Positions 10,050-22,673 of a DNA stretch of 64,000 nt are shown here, in pieces. Under the pieces are notes generated by a model. That model did no database searches. It saw nothing but the letters and a program-made list of their open reading frames with translations, and was not told the DNA's origin. Where the stretch lies: contig JBHGNT010000005.1 of NCBI GenBank assembly GCA_043228905.1, positions 11,842,001-11,906,000 of the forward strand, written 5' to 3'. The position numbers and the translations under genes were made by a program. How positions within the stretch are numbered: the first letter of the stretch is position 1; every line of letters begins with the position of its first letter. Source of the DNA: Azolla caroliniana. Taxonomy: Eukaryota > Plantae > Polypodiophyta.

Positions 10050-13000
10050 TGTCAGGAACAGTACTAAGACAGAGAAGGAATTAGTACTAAAAGAAGTATT
10101 AGTACTAAGAGAGGTGAAGAACTCTCGAGAGAAGGAAAGAGTGAGTGAGAGAGAGAGAGAGAGATAGATAGAGAGATGATAAGAAAAGATATATTATGTG
10201 AAGAGAATGTACAGTAGTAGCTAGGAGGCTTAAGACTGACGTTGAACCGATTTGGTTCGAAATAATGCCTCGTGCCTCCTTTTATAGTGTTCTAAGGAAT
10301 ACTCCTGAAGTTTCTAGAATGTTCCAGAGAAATCTGGAATATACATCAATTTTCTATAATAAAACATAAATGAAAATAATATTCTACGTATTACAATGTA
10401 TGGTCTAATGGTCAAGAGCTCGACCCATGTAGCATAAGGTCATGGGTTCGAGTCTTGCCATATCATGACACTATCCCCCTTTTAAAACGACGAGTGTAAC
10501 GAGTCGTTTTGGATTGAGGACCCAGTTTGTCTGGATATTGATGATGGAAGTCTTCAAGAAGAGCACGAGTATTGGTGACATTCTCTATCGGTTCCCAAGT
10601 ACGTTCACTGGGACTATATCCTAGCTAATCGACTAGATAGTAGAGCTTGTTGCGAACAATCTTGGAATCAAGGATGGCGGCAACCTCGTACTCAGGTCCA
10701 TCTTCAAGCTCGATCGGGGGTGGAGGCTGTGTAATACGTCCTGGGATGGTGCTCTCTTGATAGGGTTCAAGGAGAGAACTATGAAACACCGGATGTATCC
10801 GAAGTTGTGGAGGTAGATCGAGATGAAAAGCGACATCATTAATCTTTCCTATGATACGGAAAGGACCTAATCGCCGATAATCCAACTTCTCGCATGGGCG
10901 AGTAGTCTTGATGTGTCGTCGGAGTAGCCATACCTGATCTCCAATGTTAAAACTAAATGGGAGTCGATGACGATCCGCATAAACCTTGTGTGTTTGCTGA
11001 GCTTGTTGGAGATGAGTAGATAAATCCGCTTGTATCTTGCGTAACTGCTCCAAACGATCCTCCGCACAAGGATTTGTGGACACCTCTGGGGTTTCAAGTA
11101 CACACCACCGGGGGTGACATCCCGTATAAGCATAAAATGGTGTAGCTTTAGTCGATGCGTAGATAGAGTTATTATAGGCAAATTCGGCGAAGTGGAGAAT
11201 ATCTGCCCAGTCATCCTGATGATAGCTGAGAAAGCACCGCAGGTACTACTCTAGCGTTTGATTTGTTCGTTCGGCTTGGCAGTCAGTTTGTGGGTGGTAG
11301 CCGGAGGAGAGGTTACAAGTGACCTTGAGCATTTTAAAAAGGTGCTTCAAGAATTTTGACACGAACTGGGGTCCACGGTCGCTGACGATACTATCGGGAA
11401 GTCCATGATGCCGACATACTTCACGCATGACAATTTCGGCGGTGTCTTCACTGGAGATTTCCTTAGTACATGGCAAAAAATGAGCCATCTTCGTATAGGG
11501 CTCATCGTATATCGATCTACCACTGTTAGAATCGCATTGAACCCTTTAGAGACTGGAAGATCTATGATGAAGTCTAGAGCAATGGATTGCCAAGGCTTGC
11601 TTGGTATTGGTAATGGTTCTAATAAACCATATGGATGATGCCTTGGCATTTTCGCTCTGCAGCATGTGTCACAAGTCCGAACAAAATCTTCGACAAATTG
11701 TCGCATACGGGGCCACCAGAATGATCGTTGTACTAAATCTAATGTTTTAGTACTACCAAAATGCCCAGTTGTATATGTGTTATGACAGTTTTGTACTACT
11801 TGAAGGCAGGAAGAACCATTAGGAACATACAAAAGTTCTTTAAAGAAGAGTAATCCATCATGGTATTTGAATTGCCGATAGTCCGTACTTGGTAGTTGCG
11901 ACTGTGAACACGACGCTCGAGATGGATCAATTTGTGCTAGTATAGCTTGGGCGAAAGCATCTGTCTTCAGGTCCGCACGTATGATATCGATAACGTGGGA
12001 ATCCATGGGCATGCCAAAGACCTGTGTTGCTTGCAGTCGTGCCGGTCCCGAGATTACTTGCTTTTGGTTATCGAAAGTTGGCTCGCCGGGACGCGGTGCT
12101 AGGTACGAACACCGTGATAATGCATCTGCTTTCCCTTGATGTTTCCCAGGTCGATATGTAATCTTGAAGTCGAAACGCGTGAGAAAATGGGCCCACTGAG
12201 CTTGACGTCGATTTAACACACGAGCGTCTTGAAAATAGGCGAGGTTTTTGTGGTCACTGAATACAGTGACTTGATGAGAAGATCCCTCTAGAAAATGCCT
12301 CCATTGCATAAAAGAGTCCACTATAGAAAATAGCTCTTTATCATGAATTTCGTAGTTGATTTCGGCGGCGTCAAACTTGCGTGAGTGAAAAGCCACAGGA
12401 TGTAGCTTTTCATCATTACCTCGTTGTGATAGAATGCTTCCCAATGCAAAATCCGATGCGTCCGCTTCGATGATGAATGGTTTTTCTGGATCAACGTGAG
12501 CTAGAATCGGAGCCGATGTAAATGCCTATTTAAGATTCTCAAAAGCCATGTCTGCTTCTTCAGACCAAACGAACGATTGTCCCTTCCTAGTAAGTTGTGT
12601 AAGAGGCAAAACGAGCTTTGAGTAATCCTTTATAAACTTCCGGTAAAAATTGGCAAAGCCTAGAAAGCATTGCACATCCCGCACCGAACGCGGAGTCTGC
12701 CATTCTACCACCGTTTTGACCTTAGTTGGGTCCATGGAGATGCCTTCTGAGGAAATGACATAGCCAAGAAATTCCACCTGGTTGCACCCGAAACTACATT
12801 TTTCTAGCTTTGCATAGAGACCATGTTCTCGAAGTCGTTTTAGTACTAACAGTACATGAGAATCATGCTCTTCTTGGGTCTTCGAGTAAACCAGTAGATC
12901 ATCCAAATAGATGATTAGACACACATCCAAGAGATCTCGGAAAATATCATTTGCCATGTGCTGGAAGACTGTTGGCGCATTAGTGAGGCCGAACGGCATG

Positions 13001-15693
13001 ACCGTATACTCGAAGTGCCCATATCTGGTGCAGAACGCAGTCTTCCATTCATCTCCTGGTCGGATCCGTATGAGGTTATAGGCTTCCCCGTAAGTCGATC
13101 TTCATGAAGAACCTGGCACCATTGATCCGTTCTAAAAGACTTGAGATAAGGGGGAGTGCATACCTATTTCGGATTGTAACCTTATTCAAGCCACGGTAAT
13201 CTACAACGAGCCGAAGTGAGCCATCCTTTTTCTTGACGAAGAAAATGGGTGCGACGGCTGGAGATTTCGAATGTCGTATGAAACCATTCTCCTCTATATA
13301 GGCTCGAAGGACTTCCAGTTCGGTTGGTGACAAATTGTAGATCGGTCCCCAAGCTGGCTCTTTCCCCGGTTGTAAATCGATGGGGCAATCATATGGTCGA
13401 TGGTGAGGAAGCGTACTGGCTTGTACTTTATCAAACACATCGGCATACTGACGATACTTCTCTGGAAGTTGAACAGTGGAATCCTCTTTAGTGGTGCTGG
13501 AGGGGTTTACTGATATTGCGAAGAGGAACATTTCTTCCTTGCATCCTTCCTCACGCAACTGATGTAGTGAAATCGTTGCAATCTCATGAGTAGACCCTCG
13601 GGCTTTTCGATGCCAGATTTCTCTTGTCCGCCAATCTATGTCTGGGTTATGTAATTCGAACCATGGTAATCCTAAGACAATGGGGTGTCCTGGGATGCTA
13701 ATTATATTAAATGATATGACACATGCTAGATTATCTAGGACAACATTAACGGGCTCTGACTCTTCTATGATATTTCCTGAGGCAATGGGACGACCATCGA
13801 CGACTACTACAAGGGCAGGACACGGGAGTTTTCTGAGAGATATCTGATGAGCTTGGGCAAATTTCCTATCTATGAAGCAAGAATTAGCTCCGAAATCTAG
13901 AAGTGCTAAGACATGTACTGGAGGAGTACTTTTAGTACGAACTGTTACTTGGGCTACGAACACATTGCTAACTTGCTTAGAGGGAATGGAACCACTAATG
14001 GGCTGCACAGTTCTAGGGCTGTCCAACCAAACGGCTCCTATTTTGGCTGGACTTAGTCGTTTAACTCTTCTTCTAACTGACTAAGGACATCAAATTTGTT
14101 CGCTAGATTTGGGCTATTAGTACTATTAGGACTATCAGATATCCCTACTGAAATAGACTCGGATTTAGTACAATCAGAACTAGCAACTATTTGGTTTACC
14201 TGCCTTCTTGGCCTATGGGGACAGTTTACCGCGATATGCCCTGGTCCACCGCAATAAAGACATAGTCGGTTTGCTCGGCGTCGTTGCTTTTCCTCTTCCG
14301 ATAGCGGTCCATGACGACGTGTGGTGTCAATTTCCATCGGAGTTGGAGGACTTGCTAGAGGCACATTATATGACTCCCTCGGAAAAGGTTTCGCTACCAC
14401 TGAGGCATAGGTAGGCTCTGATCTTGCCCTCGGAATTTGGAATTGTCGTTCTGAACGTCTTTCGAAGAGGCGGTTGTCGCATCTCACCGCGCGACTAATT
14501 GCTTCTGTTAATGACTTTAGCTCTTCGGGGAAGGTCAAGAGTAAATCCTTGACATCGTTGCGTAAGACATAACGGAATTGCTCCATCAATGCGTGATCAT
14601 CCCAAGGGATATCGGCAGCGAGCAGGCGGAAATCTGCAGCGTATGCGGAAGCTGGACGATCACCTTGGCGTAATCGCCGGATTTTGTTGATTGTAGTCCT
14701 TATGCTGTTAGTATCTCCAAAATAGGCCTTAAACTCACTTATAAACTCTTCAAAACTATTTAATAATGGAGAATCCTTTTCCAACAATGGAGCAAACCTT
14801 GTTAACGCTGAGCCACTAAGGAGAGTGCCTACTAGTCCCACTCATGATGCATCGGTGGGATATCGAGAAGGATGCATTTGTATCACTAAACGTACCTGAT
14901 TCAAAAACCCTCTAAGTTGTGATCGGGTCCCATCAAATTTTGCAGGAAGACCGATCTTGGGTTCTTTGTGAATCCCTTGAGTGCTTGATCCTTGTTGTTG
15001 TAACGATATGATAGTCGCTTCGAGTTGTTGTACACATAGTGTCAGTTCCCCGTGTTGTTGTTTTTCCAGCGCTATTTGTTGAAGATCCCCCAAAAAGCGA
15101 TGATTTTCTTGTTCTAGTGCTACAAATTTCTCTTTTAAGCACTGGAGCTCCGAGAAAACAGATTGGTATTCCTAAGCGCTAACAATTTCCATTTTACTAG
15201 GGAGGATAAGAGGATTAATAAGAAGATAAAAGGAAAAGGAGGAAAGGAAGAGGAGGAAAGGAAGATCGACCGAAATCGGTTCAAACTGTCAGGAACAGTA
15301 CTAAGACAGAGAAGGAATTAGTACTAAAAGAAGTATTAGTACTAAGAGAGGTGAAGAACTCTCGAGAGAAGGAAAGAGTGAGTGAGAGGGAGAGCGAGAG
15401 AGATGATAAGAAAAGATATATTATGTGAAGAGAATGTACAGTAGTAGCTAGGAGGCTTAAGACTGACGTTGAACCGATTTGGTTCGAAATAATGCCTCGT
15501 GCCTCCTTTTATAGTGTTCTAAGGAATACTCCTGAAGTTTCTAGAATGTTCCAAAGAAATCTGGAATATACATCAATTTTCTATAATAAAACGTAAATGA
15601 AAAAAATATTCTATTACAATGTATGGTCTAATGGTCAAGAGCTCGACCCATGTAGCATAAGGTCATGGGTTTGAGTCTTGCCATATCATGACA
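10050..15693 (-). mobile_element. Full-length Tcn1-like chromovirus (element B); 5' LTR 15287-15693, 3' LTR 10050-10470; TSD CTTTC
   Basis: Near-identical LTRs, perfect TSD at 10045-10049 and 15694-15698, PPT aaaagggggatag, and gag-PR-RT(YLDD)-RH-INT-chromodomain (EYEVAAILDSK). Confidence 0.95.
10500..15192 (-). pseudogene. gag-pol of element B (disrupted)
   Basis: ORFs 14842-15093 and 14053-14841 (gag, CLYCGGPGHIAVNC), 13076-14026 (PR/RT), 12526-12999 (RT), 11347-12444 (RH/INT), 10625-11083 (INT/chromodomain). Confidence 0.9.
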
Positions 15694-15968
15694 CTTTCTT
15701 CACTTTCCGCATCACCGCGATCTTTGTCCGGTTGCTCCTCGTTGTCGGTCTTGTCTAGGGTTACATAGGGTTCGTCGTCAGCCCGCTTCTTGAAGATCTT
15801 TACCCGTTTCCCCGCTATAGACACTCATAGTATCGTTCCATCCAACTCACATAGTCGGTAAGTTCCATTGTCGAAAACTTTCCGAACCTCGTATGGCCCG
15901 AACCACCTTTTCGCGAACTTCCGTATTGTTGCATGTTGATGATCCAAACTACTGTCATAGACAATCAC

Positions 15969-16713
15969 GAAAAGGGAAGGGGCCCTAGAAGGGTCGCTTT
16001 CCTTGGACCCGTGCGGGGGAGAACTTGCAGTAGAGGGAAGGGTGGGAACCCTTCCTCAAGGAATTCTGAAAAGGTTGGAAGATCTGGCCAAAGAAGGTGA
16101 TAGCCCCGTAGATCTTTCCTGGCAAGTTTGATTTCCATTACAAAATGCGGATACCGTGTTTGAATAATGATCGCTTTACGTGACTAATGGGGACCACCCT
16201 CGCGCCTAAGTATTCCTCAATGACCGATAGCGTACCACAAGTATCGTGAGGGAAAAGTGAAAAGACCCCGCCATATGCCGGGAGTGCAATAGAAAACCTG
16301 AAATCCGATGCAAACTATCAATCGAAAGAGCGAAGCTAAGAAAATGCGGTAAAGCCACTAATGTTCGATGGAACGCATACGCGAAGCTGAGAAAGCGTTG
16401 TAGCTTTCAGAGGCAAAGCCACTAATGTTCCCATACGCGAACCCTTGAGCGAAGCTTCGCGTTGTCGACTCTCACTTTAGCACTTTCCACCCTAATGGCG
16501 TACCTTTTGCATAATGGGTCAGCGAGTGAATGGGAATAGCGTCTTAAGCCATTAGGTGTAGGTGCAACGAGGTTGAATCTTCGGTGTTGTTTCTATTTAA
16601 CCCGAAACCGATTGATCTAGCCACGCATAGGTTGAATCAAGCTCTCCATAGAGGCCTTGGAGGACCGAACTCACATATGTGGCAAAATACGGGGATGACT
16701 CGTGGCTAGGGGT
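15969..16713 (+). rRNA. rrn26: Fragment of plant mitochondrial LSU rRNA (rrn26/rrnL) inserted in nuclear DNA (NUMT, pseudogene)
   Basis: Plant-mitochondrial LSU motifs in the correct order: GATCTGGCCAAAGAAGGTGATAGCCC, CCTAAGTATTCCTCAATGACCGATAGCG, GCGTACCTTTTGCATAATGGGTCAGCG, CTTAAGCCATTAGGTGTAGG, CCCGAAACCG, TGGAGGACCGAAC, GGCAAAATACGGGGATGAC, GGCTAGGGGT. Confidence 0.88.
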
Positions 16714-17140
16714 GAATCAAAGAGCTACGACTGAGCTATGACTCCGTCGTTCCTTTGTTGAAGTTTGAATGACCACAAGAAGAGGGAAAAGGAGTCCTCC
16801 TCTAGCCTTTTGCCCCACAAGCGTGCGAATGCTTTTTCAATAACTGGCTCATAACGGTGAAACCAGCTTACCCTTTGAGAGTAATGGCCACACTATGGGA
16901 AGTCATGAAAGCTTCTCTCCCTTTATTGCGGTCGAGTGCCCCAGCAAGCAAGCACGCACGCCCTCAACGACGAGGAATAAAGTGGGTCAGGCCCCAAGAT
17001 GAAAGCAAGTCAATTTTGGTAGGCGGTTAGCTAACGCCAACCTAGGTTCAACAAGCAAGCAAACAAGCCAGAATGCGCCAGGATAGGTGCCCCGAGACCA
17101 ACACTTAAACAATCCAAGGTCCCACCACCAAAAGGTCTTG
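16714..17140 (+). other. Truncated group I intron of mitochondrial rrnL (site equivalent to E. coli ~L779; candidate rrnLi825g1)
   Basis: rRNA homology stops after ...GGGGU. It is followed by P/Q-like CATAACGGTGAAACC...ATGG...GGGAAG, R-like CCCTCAACGAC, S-like AAGATG...AGTC and a P9-like hairpin (17018-17045). The exon does not resume. Confidence 0.6.
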
Positions 17141-17449
17141 TTCTCCCCTTATGTCGACTACGAGTTGAAGTCCACTTTCTTCACTTTCCGCATCACCACG
17201 ATCTTTTTCCAGTTGCTCCTCGTTGTCGGTCTTGTCTAGGGTTACATAAGGTTCGTCATCAGTCCACTTCTTGAAGATCTTTACCCGTTTCCCCACTATA
17301 GGCACTCGTAGTATCGTTCCATCCAACTTGCATAGTCGGTAAGTTTCGTTGTCGAAAACTTTCCGAACCTCGTATGGCCCAAACCACCTTTTCGCGAACT
17401 TCCGTATCGTTGTATGTTGATGATCCAAACTACTGTCATAGACAATCAC
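17141..17449. repeat. 309-bp direct duplication of the element C integrase tail (other copy 10011-10049 + 15699-15968), flanking the NUMT
   Basis: The two copies align from ttctccccttatgtcg to gacaatcac at roughly 93% identity by eye, with mostly transitions. Confidence 0.92.
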
Positions 17450-20400
17450 CCAATCTCCTTCTTCAATCTTTCGTGGTCGTAGTCGGTGCTTTGTGTCAAA
17501 CCGGCTTTTGTTCCGGAATCGCGCTTCTTGTTGTCGACGTGTTGCTTCCGCTATGTCTTCCGGTATTCCCTCTAGTTGTCGTATCTAGACCACTAGTAAT
17601 TCTTCCTGGCTCATCTCTTCCTTCCACGGTAGCATTGTCCATGTCGCAATTGCAGTTTCCGTCGGCATTACCGGTGCTTGTCCAGTCATAAGTTCTATCG
17701 GCATATAACCGGTTACGGAACTATGCGTCGTTCGATTCGCCCATAGTGCATACGGGAGCATCTGCGGCCAATCCTTCACCTTTCCGTCGCATGCTTTGGC
17801 AAGTGCTTTGACGATCGGACTATGTCCTCCTTCGATTTTCCCGTTGGCCTCCGGATTGTATGCCATTGTTAGTGTTAACCAAACTCCATGTTTGGTGAAG
17901 AATTCCCTAGCTTTATCAGAGTCAAGTTCTCCCCGATGCGCAATCACTTGTCCTACACACCCATACCTGCAAAACACCTCCTCCAAAAGAAATTGGCATA
18001 CCGCAGAACACGTTTTCCTTCGTAGCGCCCGACCTTCTACTTGATTTGTGAGATCTTCCCGAGCTAACACCAAGTACTTCTTTTGTCCGATCCCAGTTGG
18101 CATGGCTACAATGTCGACCATCCATTTGAAGTTGATTGCCAGTGAGAATGTTGGATGTAACTCATCTCGGTGTCGAACTTCGGAGTAGATTTGACACTTC
18201 TCGCAGCTTTCTGTGAACTCCACTATATCTTTGTACATATTCTTCCACCAATATTTTTGTTTGATTTTCACAAAAGTTGCCCATGTCCCTCGATGTCCAG
18301 CCCAATCGGATTCGTGAAACTCGGACATTATCCAGTTTCGTTGCTCTTTCGTCCCAACTACCCGAAGTGGTATGCCATCCGGTCTTTTCAGCTCCCTCCA
18401 TATTAATCCATTTTTCAAGAAGAACTTTTGGACTTGCCTCTTCCTCCTTCGGATCTCGGGTCTCTTCTCTTTATCGTCCGATGATTCCTCAATCTCTTGT
18501 AGCACCTTCCCGATCATCAAGCTTTCTCCCTCGTATTCCTCTTTTCAGAATTCTCGGATTACATTTACTCGGCATATGTGCTCCGAAGCAAAGTAGTCTT
18601 CAGAAACTTCTTCATTATTGGATTCGGCTATGTCTTCTCTGAACCGAGCCCTTGATAGCATATCTACTACCGCGTTGTCTTTTCCGGAGATGTGTCAGAC
18701 GTCCGGGTTAAGCGACTTAACATATGCAATCCATCTTAGCATAGCCACATCCGGTATCGTGCAACACCACATCATCCCGAGTATCGGAAGACAATCCATT
18801 TCGATCACTACTTCGGCTCCGATCAAATAATCTCGATCCGATTTGATTGCCGACACGACTCCCCATAATTCTCTTTTGACTTGTGCATATCCACGTTGGC
18901 TTTCGTTGAGAACCTTTGCTCCGAATTGGATCAGATATCGCAAACCATCCGAATCGGCTTGATTGATGACCCATCCGATCCCGGTTGGACTTGTATCAAC
19001 CGTTACTATGATTGGTCGCTCATAGCTCGGCTTCTTAAGTGTTTCAGCCCTCCGTAGTGTTTTCTTGACCTTCTTCATGGCTTTGGTGTGTTCCGGTTTC
19101 CATTCAAACTTCTTTCCCTTCCGCAATAAGTGATAGAGTGGGTCCACAATATCTGCATAGTGCGGAATCCATATGTGATAAAATGCACAAGATCCAAGAA
19201 ACCTTCAGACTTCGGATTGTGACTCACATACTTCTTTCATAGCTTCAATCACATCGATCTTGGTTGGTGACGGTCTTCGTCCATAGAGCCCACATAGACG
19301 TCCGACTACCAATATCTCTTCTTGCCCGAATACCGATTGCTCCCCGGAAAGTATTAGGTGCACATCTTCTAACTTTCGAAGCACTTTCTCGCAATCACGA
19401 ATATGGTCGACTACGAACTTTAGGCATCCCCAATCATCCATAGTTTCATCTTTTTCTTCTACCATGCATCCTTTCATCGGAATGTCATCTAGGAACGGCA
19501 TTGTTATCTCCAGAATGCAATCTCGAAGCACCTTGTTCATCACGTTCATCATATGTGCCACTGAGTTTGTCGCTCCTTGTGGTAGTGTGCACATTTGGAC
19601 TAATCCTATCGGTGTTCGCATGGTAGTGATGTCTCAGCTCTCCACGACTAGTTGGAATTGGTCATACCCCGAGTATAGGTCTCCAATGGAGTATATCGCA
19701 CGACCGGCAAATGCTTCCGCAAAATCGTCCACTATCGGACCGACTCCGGAGTTCCGGATCGTGACCTTGTTCACCGGTTGCAAGTCTTGGATAAATCGGA
19801 GTCACCCATTCTTCTTCGAAACCGTAAACCATCGATTTGAGTACGGAGCATTTGATGGCTCTAGAATCCCCATCGCCACCTTCTCCTTGAGCAAGTCGAT
19901 GATTTTGGGAATATGCACCCGCGGCACCGGAATCGGCTTCGAGTTCCATGGCACATGGTCAATCGTGAAGATCACCATCGGCTCCACTATCTCCTTCAAT
20001 GTGAATGCAAATGCTTTCCCATGTTGTTCCAACATCCCACGGAATCTTTCTTCTTCATTTTGTAAAAGGAAACCACTTCCACCGATCCGAAGTTTCTTCC
20101 GGGTCTCATCCGTGAAGGCATGTTCGATATCCATGGACTTTCGAAGTATCGGATCTCCCGAGACTTCTTTCCTCTTTTGTTCGCTATCGGCGAGTAGCGG
20201 TCCCACAGTCAATTTCACTTTCTTCTCCACGATCTTGTATTTTGTACTTACCATTGCTTCTTCTTTGTGGAGCGCATCCGGCCTCATTTTCGCAATGATC
20301 TCGTACATCTCGACCAATTCCACTGGAACTACCCGGTCTCCCTGGCTATTTTCTTTCGCAAGCTCTTCAAGCCGTTGTAGCGTGCTCCCATAGAACACTT

Positions 20401-22673
20401 CTTCGACTACTCCCACGATTTCTTCGTCTTCTTTTACTATTGATGCCAACCGTAACTTATCCTCTACTTTTCGGTATTCTTTCTTCATTCCTCCGGTTAC
20501 GGCCGTGTACGTAGATGCCCCATTAGGACCGATTCGTACTTGTTTTGCTCCGAGAGTTTTCTTCCTATGTGGAGTATCAGGGCTTCTTGGACTATCACTT
20601 ACCCACTCCGCAACAGTTCGCTCTAAAAATCCATCTTTGTTTGGGACAAGAGCTCCCTCTTGTTCCTTTCATGATTCGCAAGAACATTTAGGAATTGGAT
20701 GGATTTCCCTCCGCTTTGACTCCAAATCCGTGCGAAAGCTACACCACTATCGAACACCTTCGTCTCCATCCGTGATGCCGTGATAAAGGGTTGTCCGAGG
20801 ATCACGGAGTGTGAGACCTCATCTTGCACGAAGAAATTTTGGTCTATCTCCACATCTCCGATCTTCACCGTCACATCCGAACAAGCCGCAAATAGGTCTT
20901 TTGTTGCTTTAGTGGCTGCCCGGATCGTCCATCCATGATTAGTATTAATAGGCCACTTCCCCTTCCGGTAGAACTCCTTGGACATCAAGTTGATCTCTGA
21001 TCCATGATCAATCAATGCTAGCACGGGCTCTTTGATGTTGCCAATTCGGACCGGAGTCTCCGTAGTTGCACGTGCCCAATGTGGCCTTGTGTAGTGGGAG
21101 TTCGGAATTTCATCCTCCAATTCGGTGTCATTCATTAAAATGGTATTTGCATTCACCCTTGGAGCATTTTCCTCTATACTTTGTCTTTTTCTCTTCACGA
21201 GATCCACAAGAAGATCGTGGAACTCCTTCTTTGCTATTCCGAGTAATTCCCGAAGCGAAAATTCTACCCGGCTATCGAGGATTCTCTCCTCGAACACCTT
21301 TTTCAAGTCTGTTTGATGTTCTATGTCCAAGGCAAGCTTGAATGCCGGAATCATCTTTTCTTTTTCCTTCCCTTCAGAGTTCCAACTTTCCGGTGTCTTC
21401 GATGGTCCGGTCGCATCATCCGTGCGCCGTCATTTCTCGTCTATATACACTTCATGCAATTGACATAAGGCATACACGTTATTCTTATCGACGGGGCACT
21501 CCCATCCCGTAGCTTCACGGATGCCTTCCGTGGTGCTTCAGATCTCAGGGTTTTCTAGCACATCTGGCCAAAAAGACGCCTTTGCTCCCGATGACTCACC
21601 CACACTTATTCCTGCGGTTGTCACATAATTACCTTTCGCTGTTATTTCCTCCTCTAGGACCTTCTTCATGCCGCCTTTCCGGAAGTTCGGTCGGAGTGGC
21701 TTCCGAGAGTCCATCAAATAAAAATCCGATTTCCCTCGTAGTAGATAAGATCTCATCGTAACGCCTCCTTGTGCTTGTCGCAATCCCTCTGATCATGTCC
21801 AGTGCTATCACACCATATACACCGACGGTCCATATACTTGGAACTTGTGGGACGGTCATCCAACTTCTTCACCATTGCGATATTTAGATTCTCCATCTCC
21901 TTCAGCAACTACTCCACCCTGGTTGCGTCGATTCCCTTCTCGATCGTAGTCTCCCGAGCCCGCGGTTGATGGTCTTCCAGTCCGGATCTTGGTTTCGGAA
22001 TTGGTTCCGAAACCCTCTTTTCTTCATTAGCAAGCCATTGCCCCCTCTTCGTGTATCGCGCGACGATATCCCGCATGCTTTCCCATGTTTCGGTGAGGCC
22101 ACTCTCAGTGGTCGTGTCCTCCAAAAGCACTCCAAGATCTTTCTGGTCCCGAATGTCCACGGCTCATAGGAACATGATCACTTTGTCCGGTGCAAGGATA
22201 GCTTGATCTCTCGCAGACAACCTCCCGAACTGACTTTCGAATGACGAAAACACATCGAGGACCTTCATCCCCTTGTCTGGTGTTTCCACCCAATCTTTGA
22301 ATCCCCTCCTCGTTGCCTTGGAGGAGTCCTCGATGGCGAACGTGGTCTTTAGCGCCTCTTCAAATGCCTCCCACGTCGGATTTTGCTACCGTATCCCGTG
22401 GATACTCCCTTGAAGCCCGTCGGTCACCACCCGGTTGAAGGATGTCACTTGCAGTCCTTCCGAAATCCCGCACCGTAGCATTTCCGCCTTGTAATCTCGC
22501 AAATACCGCGACACATCTTTCCCATTGAATTGCCTGTTCCGTTGCACGAGCTGCTCTACTGCCGTTGCAATCTCCGACATCGTGTATTGTTCTTGTAGTA
22601 TACACTCGAAAATCACCATCATGTTGTTAGCCTCTGGTTGAAATTCCATCTCCTTGCCACCCGGTTTCACCAC
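17141..22673 (-). pseudogene. gag-pol of element C (gag, protease ALIDHGSEIN, RT FLDD, RNase H VDTS, integrase HHCC/DDE), degenerate
   Basis: ORFs 22386-22673, 20623-21354, 19802-20488, 19205-19621, 18695-19147, 17585-18520 and 17105-17449. No chromodomain. Confidence 0.88.

Noticed and set aside
10397-10470. Bona fide tRNA gene
   Set aside because: No canonical anticodon arm, and it lies within LTRs. Reported only as a tRNA-like module.
15969-16713. Bacterial, plastid or nuclear rRNA gene or contaminant
   Set aside because: Motifs such as CTTAAGCCATTAGGTGTAGG and GGCAAAATACGGGGATGAC fit plant mitochondrial rrn26. The piece is truncated, mutated and embedded in a retroelement.
17105-17449. 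Intact integrase C-terminal ORF
   Set aside because: Its last residues run into NUMT sequence. The true tail is in the other copy, which is split by element B.
19464-20393. 309-aa plus-strand ORF
   Set aside because: Antisense shadow of the element C reverse transcriptase, with no independent motif.
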